A stretch of 64,000 bases of DNA from Nitrosopumilus sp. (GCA_965204345.1 OZ241981.1:928001-992000); one strand, 5' to 3'; shown: positions 11,047-20,562, numbered from the stretch's first letter. Made by a program: numbers and translations. The notes: generated by a model not told the origin, from the sequence alone.

Positions 11047-11679
11047 ATGGTCAATAAGGGATTTCCAAAATTTGGAATGTCTCAAGCAGGTGCGTTTGTT
11101 GCAGCCCTTAAAAATTATAATTTGCCGGATTTCATTTTGGTTTTGGTTGCAAAAGAATGCAAATCTGATCTTCTTGAAAGAGGAAGAATAGATGACAGAC
11201 TGCAGAGTATGAACGATGATGCCTTGGAATTATTGCACAAAGTTTTTGTTGGCTGCGAAGAGGATGCTGCAGGAAAATATGCACAATACAGATTCTTTGC
11301 ATATGTATCAAGCATGTATCACAAGTGTGAGGTCATAGTCAATGATACCATTCCGGGCGCATCAGAGAAGAATCACAAAATTCCAATAGCAGTAAAAAAT
11401 AACGGCATGTACATAGCAGTTGCATACAACAAGGCAACAGGAAATCCGGTAAACAAAAAAGAGACGGCCAGATTCTATCACATGGTTGATGATATCAAGA
11501 AAGGAGATCATGGAACCATGCTAACTGATGGAATTTATGGCTCCTCGGTAGGATTTAGGGGGGATGCGCTTGTAGAACTTGAGACGCTAAGCAAATCAAG
11601 AGATGATGATCCTGAAAACAAGTTGGATTTTAAAACCGCAAATTTTGAAAACAATATTTACTCAGTTACAAAGTGTTAG
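11047..11679 (+). CDS. Conserved hypothetical protein
   Basis: 210-aa ORF preceded by a TATA-like TTTTTAAG. Confidence 0.7.
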   Translation: MVNKGFPKFGMSQAGAFVAALKNYNLPDFILVLVAKECKSDLLERGRIDDRLQSMNDDALELLHKVFVGCEEDAAGKYAQYRFFAYVSSMYHKCEVIVNDTIPGASEKNHKIPIAVKNNGMYIAVAYNKATGNPVNKKETARFYHMVDDIKKGDHGTMLTDGIYGSSVGFRGDALVELETLSKSRDDDPENKLDFKTANFENNIYSVTKC

Positions 11680-11693
11680 TAGCTGTAAAAAAA

Positions 11694-12266
11694 TTATTCC
11701 AAACTAAATTGTCTGGTATCCATTGTCAAAAACATGGGTTTGCCATCTGTCTTTTGAAAGTCCTCGCCATACTGCTCAAATTCCAACTGTTCAAAAAGAT
11801 GTTTGGTCCATACGTCATGTACTTCCTGAATGAATCTTTTATGTCCGCTGAGCCTCAACATCTCATGAAGTAGTTCATGAGAAACAGTAGTGCAGTTTTT
11901 TTCTGCAAGAAACAAGGTATCGTCATTAGACTCCTTGGGGGATTGCCACAGAATCATTCCAAAGTTTTCAGCATGGTATCCCTCGCAGGTGCAGTCAGTC
12001 CACCAGGGCCTAAAATGAGTCAGATAAAAATGGTAAATGTCTTTTCCCCTTTGCTGATGATCACGTACTAGTGTATGTGTGTCAAGACGCTGCAGAATGC
12101 TTCTTGGCGTAGTTATCATTTCGTCACATTGAATTTCATAGTCTTTGCCGAATTTTTCTTTCAGCCAAACCTGAAAAAATTTGCTCATTTTTTTGACATA
12201 CTCAAACTCAGATTGTCGTTTTTCGCGGTCTGCCTCAGGTACTACAAAGATAAAATGTAGAATCAT
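11694..12266 (-). CDS. Hypothetical protein with an HExxH zinc-binding motif (zincin-like)
   Basis: SHELLHEM followed by a downstream GH. Confidence 0.65.
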   Translation of the reverse strand: MILHFIFVVPEADREKRQSEFEYVKKMSKFFQVWLKEKFGKDYEIQCDEMITTPRSILQRLDTHTLVRDHQQRGKDIYHFYLTHFRPWWTDCTCEGYHAENFGMILWQSPKESNDDTLFLAEKNCTTVSHELLHEMLRLSGHKRFIQEVHDVWTKHLFEQLEFEQYGEDFQKTDGKPMFLTMDTRQFSLE

Positions 12267-12284
12267 AATAAGAAAAAAGGGTGT

Positions 12285-12524
12285 TTATGTTTGACCTTCA
12301 ATACCCATCAAGGTTAGAGTTGAACGAATCTTTTCAATTTTTCTGATTTTCCAGGTAATTGTCTCTCTTAGTTTTTCAACAGTATCAGATTCGATCTTGG
12401 CCAAAATATCGTATGCGCCAAAAGTTCCATGAACTTCCTTAACACCTTCCAAGCCCTTTAGTTGCTGAATAATAGCTTCCTCAGAACCCAATTCACAGTT
12501 TATTAAAACATAAGCTGTTGCCAT
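12285..12524 (-). CDS. Lrp/AsnC ligand-binding (RAM) domain protein
   Basis: MATAYVLINC...GAYDILAKIE...IRSTLTL. Paralog of 50413-50652. Confidence 0.9.
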   Translation of the reverse strand: MATAYVLINCELGSEEAIIQQLKGLEGVKEVHGTFGAYDILAKIESDTVEKLRETITWKIRKIEKIRSTLTLMGIEGQT

Positions 12525-12561
12525 ACAGAATTTAGAAAAGTCGACTATATCAATAAACCGA

Positions 12562-12987
12562 TCACTGCTGGCTCTCAGACATCCCCAATATGGCATCCCA
12601 TATCGGCTTTGGGACAGGCATTACAGACAGTCGTGAAATGCGTACGAGTTCCCAGTCTTTGAATTTTTTCTCTTTTTTCATCTCATCAAGAGTCACAGGG
12701 CGTTTGAATGTTTTTTTGTACTTGACATCTACAACAATAAATCGCTTGACATCTTCTTTTGGGTTCGGATATGGTTTTGAGGTTACTTGCATGATTCCTA
12801 CGGCTTGTCTTTGATCACCGGTATGATAAAAAAAGACGAGATCCCCAGGCCTCATTTCTCTCATGTGCTTTAGTGCTAAATTATTATGGACCCCGTCCCA
12901 CACGGTTGTTTTGTCTTTCTTTAGCTGTTCAAAATTATAGCCCCTAGGACCACTAGGCTCTTGTTTTGCTAGCCAATAATTTACCAT
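12562..12987 (-). CDS. EVE domain protein
   Basis: YWLAKQEP, WDGVHN, MRPGDLVFFYH and RLSVMPV motifs. Confidence 0.92.
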   Translation of the reverse strand: MVNYWLAKQEPSGPRGYNFEQLKKDKTTVWDGVHNNLALKHMREMRPGDLVFFYHTGDQRQAVGIMQVTSKPYPNPKEDVKRFIVVDVKYKKTFKRPVTLDEMKKEKKFKDWELVRISRLSVMPVPKPIWDAILGMSESQQ

Positions 12988-13031
12988 TTCGTCTTTTGGT
13001 AGTATTATCCATGTTTAATGGTTTTTGGAAG

Positions 13032-13201
13032 AGATGTTCCCCGGTTCTGACTCGCACAAGATCATTGGTACATAGCCATACGCCTCCTCGCGTTCTCAAA
13101 CCGGGGTTTGCCCATAATGTAGCACACCTGGGTGAATTAGAAATCACTGGTATCATTACGATCGACTCATCCTAATCCGTCTGCATGCCTGCTCTTGGGC
13201 G
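13032..13201 (-). ncRNA. Putative two-hairpin box H/ACA guide RNA
   Basis: On the minus strand: hairpin 1 GCCCA...TGGGC followed by AAA, and hairpin 2 CCCCGGTT...AACCGGGG followed by A-ACA. Both have internal pockets, and there are K-turn-like TGA/GTGAT motifs. The tract is GC-rich relative to its flanks. Confidence 0.7.
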
Positions 13202-13270
13202 ATTAGATATAGAATTGCTCCCACTAATAACCATTAAAGAAAAAATTATGAAGAATTGTTTGTGGGCAGG

Positions 13271-14917
13271 TTAATTTTTGTTTTTGAGAACGGATTCAGA
13301 TAGGGAGATCTCAAATCCCACTACAGGGACACGAATCTTATAATTCTCGATAATTTTTGAGTTAATTTTTCCAATAATTCCAACTGGAACGTTGTTTAGA
13401 ATGATTGATGCACAGTGACCGTCTTCAAACGTATGACTGGTGGCAGTTTTTGTTTCAATTTTAATTCCAAATCCAGCATTTAGTGCAGATTGGATTATCG
13501 ATTTTATTTCTGTAAAGTTTGCATCCTTGTGTGCACTGATACCAGAAAAATTAATTTTTTCAGATACAGGATTGCCATGTGTGAAAACAGTTCCGGTTTC
13601 ATACATTTTTTGGGGATAGGATTCATGAATGTTTCTGGAGAGATTTTTCAGCAATCCTGGAAGTATAGAATCGCGTAAGATGGTATGCTCTTGACTCTTT
13701 GAGTCAAGTACAGAGATAGCTTTTGCAGAATCCCTGTTAGTCATATCATATAATACATGTTTGCTAGTCAAACTAGAATTCAGTGCTTCTAAAAATCCCA
13801 GACCAATCATAGTTTGATCCAGTGATTTGAGCCTTAGTGAGATTGGATTTGTCTTGCCTATTGTTTGGGAAGGCGATACGACAGGTTCAAGATTTTCAAT
13901 TCCATATCCTAGGGCGACTTCTTCAACTAGGTCCATGGGTCCAAATATATCAAACCGGTATGCAGGAATCGTACAAAGAATGCTAGTTCCCTTGGAGGAT
14001 GCATCCAGCCTAGATTTTTTTAAGGATGAGGTTATTTTAGAGGATGTAAGATTTAACCCTAAGATTTTATTTACCAGTGAGGAAGACACAGTCATTTTTC
14101 TTGTAGACAGCTTTGGTGAGGCGTTTTTTGCACCTGTAATGCTTACAGTTTCCAAGATAAATCCCGCACTTTGTAAAATGGTTGCCACAACTGCAAGCAT
14201 ATCTTCTGCATCCTCTTTGTTGATGCCAGTGACTTCAACGAAGAGATTTTTTGTTTTTGTAGTAACTGTGGTAATGGCAGCGTTGATTATTGGGGGAAAG
14301 GACACCGTATTTTCGTTATTATCAAAAATCAAGGGTACTTGGGAAGATTCCCCAAGTAAGGAACCATAGTCTCTTCCGACATCAGTATCTGCAAGTATTT
14401 CTGAGATAGTCATTTCATGGTCAGAGTTTAGGGGAGTAAATCTGTAATTCCTCTTAGTTGTGGTGTAAACTAGCGGAAATGTGATTTTATCCAAGTCATG
14501 TATGCCAATTGAGGATTTTTTTCTTTTTCGCCCAATTCCAAAATGAAGATCCTCTTGCATGGTCATCAATTGCCTGATGGTATTATCATCAATTTTCCCA
14601 TTTTTTGCAACAATCCCAGTTACAAAAGGTCTAACCCTGGAGACAGTTGGTTTAACATTGATGTGATACTTGGCTGATTTTTTTACGTTGAGCTTGACAG
14701 TACCGGTTTTGATGCCAAACAATCCTTGCAGGCCTAATGCAATTCCAAAATCAGTCGAATAGTCAGGCCTGTTTGGACTGTATTCTATTCTAACCTGATC
14801 ATTATCTTCAGATTCTATATCCAGTCCAAGGAAAGGCAGGGAATCAGAAATCTGCTTTTTTGATACTCTGCCAACCAGTCTTTGGAGACGCTTGTAAGAC
14901 AGCTCAATTACCGGCAT
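13271..14917 (-). CDS. pheT: Phenylalanine--tRNA ligase beta subunit
   Basis: PNRPD, QEDLH, PAYRFDI and DLVEEVA motifs; follows pheS. Confidence 0.95.
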   Translation of the reverse strand: MPVIELSYKRLQRLVGRVSKKQISDSLPFLGLDIESEDNDQVRIEYSPNRPDYSTDFGIALGLQGLFGIKTGTVKLNVKKSAKYHINVKPTVSRVRPFVTGIVAKNGKIDDNTIRQLMTMQEDLHFGIGRKRKKSSIGIHDLDKITFPLVYTTTKRNYRFTPLNSDHEMTISEILADTDVGRDYGSLLGESSQVPLIFDNNENTVSFPPIINAAITTVTTKTKNLFVEVTGINKEDAEDMLAVVATILQSAGFILETVSITGAKNASPKLSTRKMTVSSSLVNKILGLNLTSSKITSSLKKSRLDASSKGTSILCTIPAYRFDIFGPMDLVEEVALGYGIENLEPVVSPSQTIGKTNPISLRLKSLDQTMIGLGFLEALNSSLTSKHVLYDMTNRDSAKAISVLDSKSQEHTILRDSILPGLLKNLSRNIHESYPQKMYETGTVFTHGNPVSEKINFSGISAHKDANFTEIKSIIQSALNAGFGIKIETKTATSHTFEDGHCASIILNNVPVGIIGKINSKIIENYKIRVPVVGFEISLSESVLKNKN

Positions 14918-16299
14918 TTTGTAGTGCTCCTCAGCCATCCAAGATTATTATTGTAAAACTCTCTCACATCGTCTAGATCATGCTTTAGCATTGCAATTCT
15001 TTCAATGCCGCCACCCCAAGCCAAAACAGGCCGTGTAATTCCAAGCGGTTTTGTTACCTCTGGCCTGAAAATCCCCATTCCAAACAATTCAATCCATTTT
15101 CCTAATTTTTCATTGTAAACCATGGTCTGAAGGGAAGGTTCCGTGTATGGAAAAAACGTGGGCCAGAATTTTATTTTTGTAATTCCAATTCGCTTGTAAA
15201 ATTCCCGCTGAATGCCCATTAGATTTCTCAATGACGCATCCTTGCCAACAACGACGCCTTCGATTTGATTAAATTCAACTAGATGCTTGTAGCTTACCTT
15301 TTCGTTCCTAAACACGCGGCCCAAAGAGAAAATTCGTGCCTCATCAGGTTTGGTTTCAGCCAAATGCCTGATGGTGACACAAGTAGTGTGGGTTCTAAGG
15401 ACCATTTTTCTTGCTTCGTTTATGTCCCATTGGTATCTCCAATTCTTTTTGTGGGACTCAGATACTCTTTTAATTTGTTTGGCAGTTCCGATTTTTTTGG
15501 AATTTATTTTATCTAGGTAAAATGTATCTTGCAATTCTCTTGCAGGATGATCCTGCGGGGTAAACAGCGAATCAAAATTCCAAAAACTGGATTGAGTCAT
15601 GTTGCCAAGGATTTCAGAAAAACCAAGCGTAACAAAAATTTCACGGATTTCATCAATCGTGTCTTTAAGGGGATGGGTCCTTGCAACGAAAACCTCTGGA
15701 ACTTTGGCCTCAACATCAATACCTCCAACTGAATCTGAAATTTGGATTGATCTTGCAGCATCAGACAAGGAAATTTCTTTTGTTTTAATGATATCCTCAA
15801 TGATAAAATCAGGTCTTTTCAAAAGCATAGTCAGATCATCGCCATCGTCAATTTTATCCAGGGATATCTTTCCACTGCCAATTATCTTGAGAGTTTTTTC
15901 TCCTGGGAGTTCTGCAGGAGTATCTTTAATAGAAACTTCATCAGATGAGGCTTTAATCCAATTATTTTTTCTAGCCAAACCCATTGAAGGCCCAAATACA
16001 GGGCCCAATTCTTTTTGTAGCACGGACAATTTTTGGGAGCCATCTTTTAGTAAATCTAGCAGCCTTCTTTCAGGCAGCCCTTTCTCAAATGATTCAATAC
16101 CATTTTTGCCCAAGCTGATCACACTTGACTTTGATTCGGCAACAATTACTAGATCCTTTAACTTTAGCCATTCAATTCCTCGTCGTATCTGATCAGGAGA
16201 AAGCCGTGTTGATTTTTCTAATGTTTTGGGAGTTTGTTTTGGACTGTCTCTTAATGATGAGATAATTTTTTTTTCAATTTCATGAAAAACTTGCGACAA
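14908..16299 (-). CDS. pheS: Phenylalanine--tRNA ligase alpha subunit
   Basis: WNFDSLFTPQDHPARELQDTFY, LRTHTT and FPYTEPS motifs. Confidence 0.96.
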   Translation of the reverse strand: MSQVFHEIEKKIISSLRDSPKQTPKTLEKSTRLSPDQIRRGIEWLKLKDLVIVAESKSSVISLGKNGIESFEKGLPERRLLDLLKDGSQKLSVLQKELGPVFGPSMGLARKNNWIKASSDEVSIKDTPAELPGEKTLKIIGSGKISLDKIDDGDDLTMLLKRPDFIIEDIIKTKEISLSDAARSIQISDSVGGIDVEAKVPEVFVARTHPLKDTIDEIREIFVTLGFSEILGNMTQSSFWNFDSLFTPQDHPARELQDTFYLDKINSKKIGTAKQIKRVSESHKKNWRYQWDINEARKMVLRTHTTCVTIRHLAETKPDEARIFSLGRVFRNEKVSYKHLVEFNQIEGVVVGKDASLRNLMGIQREFYKRIGITKIKFWPTFFPYTEPSLQTMVYNEKLGKWIELFGMGIFRPEVTKPLGITRPVLAWGGGIERIAMLKHDLDDVREFYNNNLGWLRSTTKCR

Positions 16300-16350
16300 C
16301 AGCAAAGAATCCGAAAAAGACTTTTTAAACCTTAACCTAAGTCAAGATGA

Positions 16351-17463
16351 ATGTCAGCTGATGACTTTATCGTGACCCCTTGGCATGTTGAGGGCGATAT
16401 AGACTATGATAAACTAACCAAGCAGTTTGGAACTGAAAAGATTTCTTCAGAGCTGCTAGAGAGAATCAAGGAAATTACAGGCGAGGATCATTTTATGCTC
16501 AGAAGAGGTATTTTTTTCTCTCATAGAGAGATGACTAGAATACTTGATGAGTATGAGAAAGGAAACAAATTCTTTCTATATACTGGCAGGGGTCCATCAG
16601 GGCATACCCATATTGGACATTTGGTGCCATGGATGTTTGCAAAGTGGTTACAAGAAAAATTTGATGTTAACATGTACTTTCAGCTTACAGATGATGAGAA
16701 ATTTTATTCAAAACCAGATCTTACCTTAGAGGAAACAGGGGAATTTGCATATGAAAATGCATTGGACCTTATTGCATTAGGATTTAACCCTGAAAAAACA
16801 AAGATAATTATCAATACTAGAAATATTCAGACGCTTTATCCGATTGCAGCCCAGGTGGCAAAAAAAATTAATTTTTCTAATACAAAAGCGACATTTGGTT
16901 TTACAAATGAAACAAACATTGGAATGATTTTTTATACGTCAATACAATCAGCCCCGTGTTTTATTGAAGACAAACCGGTGTTGATTCCATTAGGTGTTGA
17001 CCAAGATCCTCATTTTAGATTAACAAGGGACATTGCGCCAAAAATCGGAAAACAAAAGCCGGCTTTGATTCACAACATCATGATTCCTAGTCTGGAGGGA
17101 CCGGGAGGAAAAATGTCAGCATCGGATGAAAGGGGAACAATATACACAACGGATTCTCCAAGTGCAGTAAAAAAGAAAATTAACAAGTATGCTTTTTCAG
17201 GAGGACAGGCAGACGTTGAACAGCATAGAAAACTTGGTGGAAATCCAGATGTGGATGTATCATACCAGTATCTACGAATATTTTTTGAACCAGATGATGA
17301 TAAATTAAAAGCAATTTACCAAGACTACAAATCTGGAAAACTGCTGTCAGGAGAATTAAAGGCAATTTTAATTGAAAAAATTAATGAGTTTCTTGCAGTT
17401 CATCAAGAAAACAGAGAAAAGGCAAGAGGACGGATTGAACAATTTCTTTTTGAGAATAAATGA
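16351..17463 (+). CDS. trpS: Tryptophan--tRNA ligase
   Basis: YTGRGPS, HIGH, DQDPHFR and KMSAS motifs. Confidence 0.96.
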   Translation: MSADDFIVTPWHVEGDIDYDKLTKQFGTEKISSELLERIKEITGEDHFMLRRGIFFSHREMTRILDEYEKGNKFFLYTGRGPSGHTHIGHLVPWMFAKWLQEKFDVNMYFQLTDDEKFYSKPDLTLEETGEFAYENALDLIALGFNPEKTKIIINTRNIQTLYPIAAQVAKKINFSNTKATFGFTNETNIGMIFYTSIQSAPCFIEDKPVLIPLGVDQDPHFRLTRDIAPKIGKQKPALIHNIMIPSLEGPGGKMSASDERGTIYTTDSPSAVKKKINKYAFSGGQADVEQHRKLGGNPDVDVSYQYLRIFFEPDDDKLKAIYQDYKSGKLLSGELKAILIEKINEFLAVHQENREKARGRIEQFLFENK

Positions 17464-17741
17464 AAATTAACATAGCCTGTGATGACAAGTATGAAGCTCA
17501 AAAACTGGCCAGTCTTATTTTTGTAAAAGATGGGAAAGAGACATACATTACAGGCATCCTAAATGTCATTGAAAATGAATTGGTAATTTCATTAAAAGAC
17601 AAGTCTGCTCATAGCATATTGCTCAAAAATCACGAAGAGGTAGAGAGGTTTGCAGATTTTATACAATCGGTTTTAGACAAGGAGCACACGTTAATCTCAA
17701 CTAGAGTTATTGAGCAGATTGTAGAAATAATCAAAGAATAA
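17460..17741 (+). CDS. Hypothetical protein
   Basis: 93-aa ORF overlapping the trpS stop (ATGA coupling). Confidence 0.75.
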   Translation: MKINIACDDKYEAQKLASLIFVKDGKETYITGILNVIENELVISLKDKSAHSILLKNHEEVERFADFIQSVLDKEHTLISTRVIEQIVEIIKE

Positions 17742-17743
17742 CT

Positions 17744-17827
17744 CTATAGGCCCAATACAGCATATGCAGTTACAATTCCAACAATAAGAATTAGAGAACC
17801 GCCTAGTGCTTTGAAATCACTATCCAT
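17744..17827 (-). CDS. Small 27-aa single-helix membrane protein
   Basis: MDSDFKALGGSLILIVGIVTAYAVLGL. It fills the gap exactly, with a TATA-like CTTTAAT about 25 nt upstream. Confidence 0.55.
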   Translation of the reverse strand: MDSDFKALGGSLILIVGIVTAYAVLGL

Positions 17828-17888
17828 GAATTTATTTCAAAATAGTTACAATTAAAGTGTTAACAAATCTGTAGAGATGATTCCATAG

Positions 17889-18791
17889 TTATCTGGGAAA
17901 ATATTTACTCTTTTTTGGTTTTGATCTTGATCTTTCTTCGGTTCTCTTGGCTACAGGTTCTCTAATTTGATTACAATTTAAGCAAAAAACCTTTAGTTCC
18001 TCCCGGGCAAGATCTGGTGATGAGATATATTTTCCCCAGAATGCAATAGCTTCACCACGGCCAGAATTATCAGAGGAAACATTTTGATATATAGGACTTA
18101 TTTCTAAAGCTCGTTCATCTTTAAAGCCACAGTTGGAGCAAACCTTTCCACCCAATATTTCATATAATTTTTCTTTAATGGTTTCAAAAAACTTGTCAGA
18201 ACCGCCTGAAAAGAAGCTTTTTTGTTTTCTTAGAAATTTGTCATTTCGAGATTTTTTAGATCTGGAATTGTCTCTGCTGGACTCTCGTTTAGAGGATGAT
18301 CGTGAATACCTATCGTCTCGTGAATACCTATCGTCTCGTGAATACCTATCGTCTTTGTTTCGTGAATACCTATTGTCTCGTGAATATCTATCGTCTCGTG
18401 AATATCTATCGTCTTTGTTTCGTGAATACCTATCGTCTCGTGAATACCTATCGTCTCGTGAATACCTATCGTCTTTGTTTCGTGAATACCTATCGTCTCG
18501 TGAATACCTATCGTCTTTGTTTCGTGAATACCTATCATTTCCTAAATCTTCTGGTTTGTTTTGTCTAAAACAATCACCGCAATAAACAGGTCTGTTAGTT
18601 CTTGGAATAAATGGAATGGTGCATTCAATGCCGCAATCAGAACAAGTTACAGTTGTAGATTCGTCCCTATCTCTAGATCGTCTGTCATTTCCAGAATTTC
18701 TAAAAGAACGATATGGTTTATTGTCTCGTCTGGAATTTCTTCCATCTGTTTTCCCATCTGAGTACTTTGATTTGTAGAATTTCATTGACAA
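17889..18791 (-). CDS. CxxC-x17-CxxC domain protein with a DDRYSR repeat tract and a C-terminal HNH-like zinc domain
   Basis: CSDC...PFIPRTNRPVYCGDCF; C-terminal CSNC...CLNCN. Confidence 0.85.
   Translation of the reverse strand: MSMKFYKSKYSDGKTDGRNSRRDNKPYRSFRNSGNDRRSRDRDESTTVTCSDCGIECTIPFIPRTNRPVYCGDCFRQNKPEDLGNDRYSRNKDDRYSRDDRYSRNKDDRYSRDDRYSRDDRYSRNKDDRYSRDDRYSRDNRYSRNKDDRYSRDDRYSRDDRYSRSSSKRESSRDNSRSKKSRNDKFLRKQKSFFSGGSDKFFETIKEKLYEILGGKVCSNCGFKDERALEISPIYQNVSSDNSGRGEAIAFWGKYISSPDLAREELKVFCLNCNQIREPVAKRTEERSRSKPKKSKYFPR
18296..18540. repeat. Coding tandem repeat: about 12 units of 18 and 24 bp (TCGTGAATACCTATCGTC with or without TTTGTT)
   Basis: Directly visible, with a higher-order 60-bp period (18+18+24). 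Confidence 0.95.
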
Positions 18792-18858
18792 TAAATTTTA
18801 GATCTAGTGGATATAGATACTTAGAGCTTTGATTTATGCCTAGAATCAAAAAATCACA

Positions 18859-19197
18859 TTAAACTAGGGGCTTGTCCATTTCAGTGGACATTATTTCTTG
18901 TACCTTGAGAAAATAGAGTTTTGTAGAATATGGCATTTCATCCAAATTATTGTCAACTACAATCATAAAATATCGTACAGCACGTTTTGAAATATCCAGA
19001 TTAAATTTCATGGTAAGCACAGAATCTTGATGAACCTTGATTTTATCCTCAAGCCAAGGAGGAGCCATTTCAATTGTTTCTTTGATAATTTTATCATACC
19101 AGTAAGAGAGATTTTGAGGGTGCAATCCCTGTTTGAGATTAGACACGTCAGTATCAATTTTTTTCATCATGTGATTTATGATTGTCATCAGGCTCAA
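18859..19197 (-). CDS. Conserved hypothetical protein
   Basis: 112-aa ORF downstream of coaD. Confidence 0.7.
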   Translation of the reverse strand: MSLMTIINHMMKKIDTDVSNLKQGLHPQNLSYWYDKIIKETIEMAPPWLEDKIKVHQDSVLTMKFNLDISKRAVRYFMIVVDNNLDEMPYSTKLYFLKVQEIMSTEMDKPLV

Positions 19198-19240
19198 TCA
19201 AGGAATTTTGTTTTATTCCAATTGCTCAAAGTTCGACAAG

Positions 19241-19717
19241 CTACTTGTCAATTGATAGCGTGTTTCCGTCAGCATCAATCTCTGAATTTTTAATTCTAGT
19301 CGTAGATATTCTTGCACCGTCTTTTGCCAGAAACATTGGAATCGTAACGACTTGGACGGAAGGGAGGTTCTTTTTTGCTCTTAATTTGTTGAGTGTGATA
19401 CCTTGAGAACTTGTTTCATCACTGACAACTAGGGCCTCTACCTTTTTTTCTAAAACAGCCGGACCAAAATCGTTTTCCAATCTGCTAATCTCAAAGGAAG
19501 AATCAGGAAAGTTTTTTGAAAGGACAGACAGTAAATTTTCAAAGCGCTGATCATACTTGTGTGTGGGAATTTTGCCCTTTTTTGATGCAAACTCATCACT
19601 AGTCAGCCCTATGATTACCTTGTCTGAAATTTCAAAGGCATTTGATAGCAGGGTAAGATGACCCTTATGGATTATATCAAAAGTTCCACCTAGTGCCACA
19701 AGGGAAAATTTAGACAT
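19241..19717 (-). CDS. coaD: Phosphopantetheine adenylyltransferase
   Basis: ALGGTFDIIHKGH, LVVSDET and RISTTRI motifs. Confidence 0.9.
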   Translation of the reverse strand: MSKFSLVALGGTFDIIHKGHLTLLSNAFEISDKVIIGLTSDEFASKKGKIPTHKYDQRFENLLSVLSKNFPDSSFEISRLENDFGPAVLEKKVEALVVSDETSSQGITLNKLRAKKNLPSVQVVTIPMFLAKDGARISTTRIKNSEIDADGNTLSIDK

Positions 19718-19803
19718 GTAATCTGTTAGTAATCTTTGAAAATAAGTCTACCAGTTTTTTATAGGATATTTACCGTAAATTATTTCAAAATTTGGCTTTT
19801 ATA

Positions 19804-20496
19804 TTATAATTTCATAAATCCTTCTCGGATTAAGAATTGAATGCCTTGAATAAAAGAACTGTCATCAATTTGTCCATCTGCCCACCAACCAGCATTATTC
19901 TTTATCCAGCCAGGGATTTGGCTGTCTTCAGACACAGAGCCCTGCTGGGTAATTGGAATCTTCATAAATCCTTCTCGGATTAAGAATTGAATGCCTTGAA
20001 TAAAAGAACTGTCATCAATTTGTCCATCTGCCCACCAACCAGCATTATTCTTTATCCAGCCAGGGATTTGGCTGTCTTGAGAAGAAATAGAATTATCAGA
20101 ACTTATTTGAAATGAAATAATTGCAACAGTTGCTTTTGAGTTTCCATATTGTGCCTTTACTGCAAATTTCCCATCGTTGAATTTCTCATTTAAAATAACA
20201 GCGTGTGAAAATGTTCCATCAGCATCAACAGGGGTTTTCTGGGTTAAAATCAAAGCGTTACCAGAATCAAAGATAGATATTCTCAAACTTCTTTGTTCAT
20301 CATACTTGTTTACGCTGCCAGAAAATATTACAGAATCCCCAAGGGCATATGATTCGTTATCAGAGTTGATTTCTACAGTATAATTATTAGAGCTGCTTTG
20401 TGCAGGAGGCCCACCATAACCCAAAACTGTTTGTCCTGAAGACAGCACGGCAAAAAAAGATATTATAAAAATAAGCAAAAGCCTGCGTTGATACAT
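19804..20496 (-). CDS. Secreted Ig-like protein with a duplicated thaumarchaeal 'IPxWIKNNAGWW' C-terminal module
   Basis: Signal peptide, a beta-rich domain and two identical C-terminal motifs. Confidence 0.8.
   Translation of the reverse strand: MYQRRLLLIFIISFFAVLSSGQTVLGYGGPPAQSSSNNYTVEINSDNESYALGDSVIFSGSVNKYDEQRSLRISIFDSGNALILTQKTPVDADGTFSHAVILNEKFNDGKFAVKAQYGNSKATVAIISFQISSDNSISSQDSQIPGWIKNNAGWWADGQIDDSSFIQGIQFLIREGFMKIPITQQGSVSEDSQIPGWIKNNAGWWADGQIDDSSFIQGIQFLIREGFMKL
19811..20078. repeat. Identical 118-bp direct repeat (19811-19928 and 19961-20078)
   Basis: Visible exact duplication with a 150-bp offset. Confidence 0.9.
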
Positions 20497-20562
20497 TGCT
20501 AGTATGACATGTTTGTCTGGACATTTAAACGGTTGGTAGAAGGCAAAATTTGGATACAGAAT

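Noticed and set aside
12953-13175. Short ORFs 12953-13156 (-) and 12966-13175 (+)
   Set aside because: They have no protein-like motifs and overlap the EVE gene; the region is better explained as structured RNA.
18296-18540. Repeat tract as a CRISPR array; overlapping ORFs 18133-18585, 18230-18538 and 18296-18568
   Set aside because: There are no unique spacers and no cas genes. The alternative ORFs are open only because the repeat lacks stop codons.
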